Of a DNA stretch of 64,000 nucleotides, positions 60,559 through 64,000 are shown piece by piece. The DNA lies in NCBI GenBank assembly GCA_963746865.1, contig CAVVDB010000001.1, positions 6,432 to 70,431 of the forward strand. Direction: 5' to 3'. The stretch is from an uncultured Chloroflexia bacterium. Lineage in GTDB: Bacteria; Chloroflexota; Limnocylindria; Limnocylindrales; CSP1-4. Under the pieces are notes generated by a model. That model searched no databases, was not told the DNA's origin, and saw only the letters and a list, made by a program, of their open reading frames with translations. How positions within the stretch are numbered: the stretch's first letter is position 1; each line of letters begins with the position of its first letter. The position numbers and the translations under genes are program-made.

Positions 60559-61992
60559 TCAGCCGCAGAAGCGGCGGACGACGTCGTAGAGGACCGGCAA
60601 CCCCCAGCGGATCGCGTCGACCGAGACGCGCTCGTCGACCCCGTGGAAGCGCTCGAGGAACCGCTCGTCCGGGTCGAGCCGAAGCGGTGAGAAGCCGTAC
60701 GTCGGCGTGCCGACCGAATCGGTGTGCTTGGCGTCGGTTGCGAACGGCGCCATGATCGGGAGGGGGATCCCCTCGGGATCGTGATCGCGGATGGTCGCCA
60801 CGAGCAGGTCGAAGAGCAGGCCCTCGGCGGGCGCCTCCACCGGCGCGCCATACACGATCAGCTCGATCTCGCAGGCGGCCGCCAGCTCCGGCCCGAGTCG
60901 CTCGACCAGGTCGGCCCGCATGTCGGGCTCGGTCGTGCCTGGCAGCACCCGGCAGTCGACCTCGATCGTGGCGTCGCCCGGGATGACGTTGTACTTGATC
61001 CCGGCGTGCACGACGTCCGGGCTGACGGTGTCGCGCAGGAGGGCGCGCAGCGCACGCGCGTACATCGGATCGCAGGCGAGGGCGAGCGCCGCCTCGGCGC
61101 GCTCGGGGTCGTCCCCGGCGATGGCCCGCAGGATCGCGGCGGCGTCCGGCGGCAACTCCGCGGCCGCGAGGTCGATGAACCTGGCCATGACCGGGGTCAA
61201 GCGGGTCGGTCCGGGGACCGCCAGCCGGGCGATGACGGCCGCGGCCAGGACCGCCGCGTTGTCCTCGCGCGGCATCGACCCATGGCCCCATGTCCCGGTG
61301 ATCGCGATCCGGTAGGCGGCAAAGCCCTTCTCGGAGACCTGGATCGGATAGAAGCGCCGGCCGGCCACCGTGACCGAGACGCCGCCGCACTCATTGACGG
61401 CGCCGGCGCCCGTCAGCCACTCCGGACGATGCTCCGCCACCCACTTCGCGCCGGCCAGGCCGCCCGCCTCCTCGTCGGCGGTGCAGGTGAACAGGATGTC
61501 GCGGCGGAGGCCGGGGACCGGGTCGCGCGCGGGGTCCAGGCCGGCCGCGCGCGTCTCGGCCGCGAGGAGTCGCACGACGCCGAGCTCCATGGCGACCATG
61601 GCCTTCATGTCGACCGCGCCGCGGCCGTACACGTACCCGTCGACGAGGTCGGCGGCGAACGGATCGTGGCTCCATCGGGCAGCCGGTGCCGGGACGACGT
61701 CGAGATGCGACAGGAGCAGCAGCGGCGCCCCGCCGGTCCCGTCGCCGCGCAGGCGAGCGTGGACCGAGCCGCGGCCCGGCTCGGGTTCGACGATCTCGGG
61801 TTCGAGGCCGGCCGCCGCGAGGAGCGCCGCGATCCGGCGCGCCGCCAGCAGCTCGCCATCGGGCGCCTCGGGTGGCGGCGGATTGACCGACGGGATCCGG
61901 ATGAGGTCGCGCATCGTCTCGACGACGTCGTCGACCGCCGTCGCCCACGTCGCCTCGTCGAGTCGTGTGGATGGAGCCCCCGCGCCGATCAT
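60559..61992 (-). CDS. M20/M25/M40 family metallo-hydrolase
   Basis: SHLDVVP, GRGAVDMK, DEEAG, HGSMP, HGVDER. Confidence 0.92.
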   Translation of the reverse strand: MIGAGAPSTRLDEATWATAVDDVVETMRDLIRIPSVNPPPPEAPDGELLAARRIAALLAAAGLEPEIVEPEPGRGSVHARLRGDGTGGAPLLLLSHLDVVPAPAARWSHDPFAADLVDGYVYGRGAVDMKAMVAMELGVVRLLAAETRAAGLDPARDPVPGLRRDILFTCTADEEAGGLAGAKWVAEHRPEWLTGAGAVNECGGVSVTVAGRRFYPIQVSEKGFAAYRIAITGTWGHGSMPREDNAAVLAAAVIARLAVPGPTRLTPVMARFIDLAAAELPPDAAAILRAIAGDDPERAEAALALACDPMYARALRALLRDTVSPDVVHAGIKYNVIPGDATIEVDCRVLPGTTEPDMRADLVERLGPELAAACEIELIVYGAPVEAPAEGLLFDLLVATIRDHDPEGIPLPIMAPFATDAKHTDSVGTPTYGFSPLRLDPDERFLERFHGVDERVSVDAIRWGLPVLYDVVRRFCG

Positions 61993-62249
61993 CGCGGCGG
62001 GCTCCCGGTCGCGATGGCCAGCGCGATCCCGAGCACGAAGCCGGCCAGGATGAGGGTCACGACCATCGCCACCAGCCACTTGCCGTAGTAGCGCTCCTCG
62101 CGGAGCCCGGGCTCCGGGTCCGGATCGCGACCGCCGGCGATATACGGCGCCTCGAGGCCCTTGGACCGCGCGATCTGGGCGCGCGCCGAGTCGTACTCGA
62201 CCGGGTCGGGCGGCAGGGTGGACGGTCGGGCGTCGGTCTCGTTCGTCAC
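61989..62249 (-). CDS. Small membrane protein
   Basis: Overlapping starts/stops at both ends; ARSKGLEAPYIAGG followed by a TM helix. Confidence 0.7.
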   Translation of the reverse strand: MTNETDARPSTLPPDPVEYDSARAQIARSKGLEAPYIAGGRDPDPEPGLREERYYGKWLVAMVVTLILAGFVLGIALAIATGSPPR

Positions 62250-63210
62250 GCGTCCATGATGCCGCCGAACAGCGGACCACGCAGGACCAGGCGATCCGCC
62301 GCCGGTGCGTACCCCAGTCGGGCGTTCACCGCGCGCATCGCCGCATTGTCCACGTCGTTGCCCGTCTCGAGGGTCTCAAGGCCGTTGGCGATCGCCCAGC
62401 CGATGGTGGCGCGCTTGAGCGCCCCGGCCAGGCCGCGTCCGCGCCATGCCCGCAGGACCGCCGTCATGTCGTGCCACGCGACGCGGGTCGACCCGGGCAG
62501 CAGGATGAGGCTGGCGTAGCCGATCACGTCGCCGGTGGCGGCGTCGGTCGCGATCATGAACGCACCTGGCGGGATCGACGGCCGGTCGACGTCGCGCGCC
62601 CGGAATTCGGCGAGGGTGCCGGCCGCGGTCGGCTCGTCGCCACCGGGGATGTCGAGGAAGGTCTCGACCGCGACCGCGTGGACCCCCTCGATGAGATCGG
62701 GCCGCTCGGCCAGCGTGGTCAAGGCGACCCCGGCGGGGAGATCGACCGACGGGATGGCGAGACCCGCCAGGTCGAGGCGGACGATCTTGGACCGCTCGTA
62801 CTCCCGGAAGCCACGGTGGCGTGAGGAAGTCGATAGAGGCGTCGCTCCGCCGCCGAGACCGGGATCAACAGCGTCGTCTTGCCGACGGTCCGCGCGTGGC
62901 CGGAGACGGCCGCCAGCAAGGCGCCTCCGATCCCCCGGCGGCGCGACCCGGCGAGGACGTTGACGTGGGCCCACAACCCGTCGAACTCGGGCGGATGCAT
63001 GTAGATGCGCCCGACCGAGGCGGCGCCGACCGGGCTCCCGTCGCGCTCGGCCAGGAATCGCACCGCGCCTGGGTAGGTCGCGTCCTCCCAGCGCAGGTTC
63101 TCGATCGAGTCGGGTTCGTCCGGGGTCGTCTCGTTGACGATCGCGACGAACGCGCCGAGATCCGCCTCGCCGCCGTCGGCCGCCCGGATCGTGAAGGCCG
63201 CCTCGGTCAC
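62246..63210 (-). CDS. Tandem GNAT acetyltransferase (frameshift near 62840)
   Basis: [10 protein letters not shown] and [10 protein letters not shown] acetyl-CoA motifs; [13 protein letters not shown]. Confidence 0.82.
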
Positions 63211-64000
63211 GGCTTGGGCAGGTTCGCCGCCATCCGCGCCCCGGTGGTCACCGCCCCCTCCGCCGCGGATCCGACCAGCGCCGCGTACTTGGCCATCACC
63301 CCGGTCCGGTAGCGGACCGGCGGCGGCGACCAGCGTGGCGAACCGCCGGGCGACCTCGTCGGCCGGGACATCGAGATCGAGCGCCCCGCGGTCGACGTCG
63401 ATGACGACCTCGTCGCCCTCCTCGACGATGGCGATCGGGCCGCCGAGGGCCGCTTCAGGCGCGACGTGGCCGATCATCAGCCCGTGCGTCCCGCCCGAGA
63501 ACCGGCCATCGGTCAGCAAGGCGACCGAATCGCCGAGGCCTTCGCCGACCAGCGCGGCCGTGACCTGGAGCATCTCCTGCATGCCGGGTCCCCCGACCGG
63601 GCCCTCGTAGCGGATGACGACGACGTCGCCCGCCTTGATCCGCTGGGCGCGGACCGCGTCGTAGCAGGCCGACTCGGAGTCGAAGACGCGGGCCGGGCCG
63701 CGGTGCTGGCGTCGCTCGTGACCGGCGAGCTTCACGACGCAGCCCTCGGGCGCCAGCGACCCGTGCAGGATGGCGAGACCGCCGTTCGGCTTGAGCGGCG
63801 TCTCGATCGGCACGACGACCGCCTGGCCGGGCGTCTCGACGACGTCCGCCGCGATCTGCGCGATGGTCCGGCCGTCGACGGTCGGCGCGTCGCCGTGGAG
63901 CAGGCCGGGGCGCTTGAGTAGTTCGCGCATGACGAGGGCCACGCCGCCGGCCTCGTACATGTCGAGCGCCGTGTAGCGGCCACCCGGGCGCATGTCGCCG
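63207..64000 (-). CDS. ilvD: Dihydroxy-acid dehydratase, C-terminal part (5' end outside the window; frameshift near 63330)
   Basis: [41 protein letters not shown]. Confidence 0.95.

Noticed and set aside
62719-63993. IlvD-GNAT fusion
   Set aside because: An indel near 63330 shifts the ilvD tail; the GTGA overlap at 63207-63210 marks the real junction.

Overview
This is a very GC-rich (roughly 70% by eye) bacterial chromosomal segment, most likely Chloroflexota (Limnocylindria/Ellin6529-like; inferred from gene repertoire, not from a marker). It holds about 65 genes and one initiator tRNA-Met; I found no integrase, transposase, phage, rRNA or CRISPR. The main blocks are three ECF sigma/membrane anti-sigma cassettes, an A2-type cytochrome oxidase operon with blue-copper fusions, a polyamine-type ABC transporter, a tyrosine/homogentisate catabolism cluster, a CBS-flanked 2-oxoacid:ferredoxin oxidoreductase operon, copA, fabF-fabF-fabD with a divergent MarR, and ilvD (partial). 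About 20 single-base frameshifts break otherwise intact genes and are best read as long-read assembly errors. The best candidate for a new system is in the anti-sigma genes. All three carry an in-frame ATG/GTG at codon 52-53, preceded by a Shine-Dalgarno-like sequence built from rare AGG/TGG codons, so each gene may make both a full-length anti-sigma and a second isoform lacking the sigma-binding domain. Other highlights are an oxidase apparently wired with amicyanin-like copper domains instead of cytochrome c, pervasive leaderless genes, two CsoR-like operators, four intergenic ~145-185 bp elements bounded by inverted repeats, and an S9 peptidase with AT-hook-like motifs.
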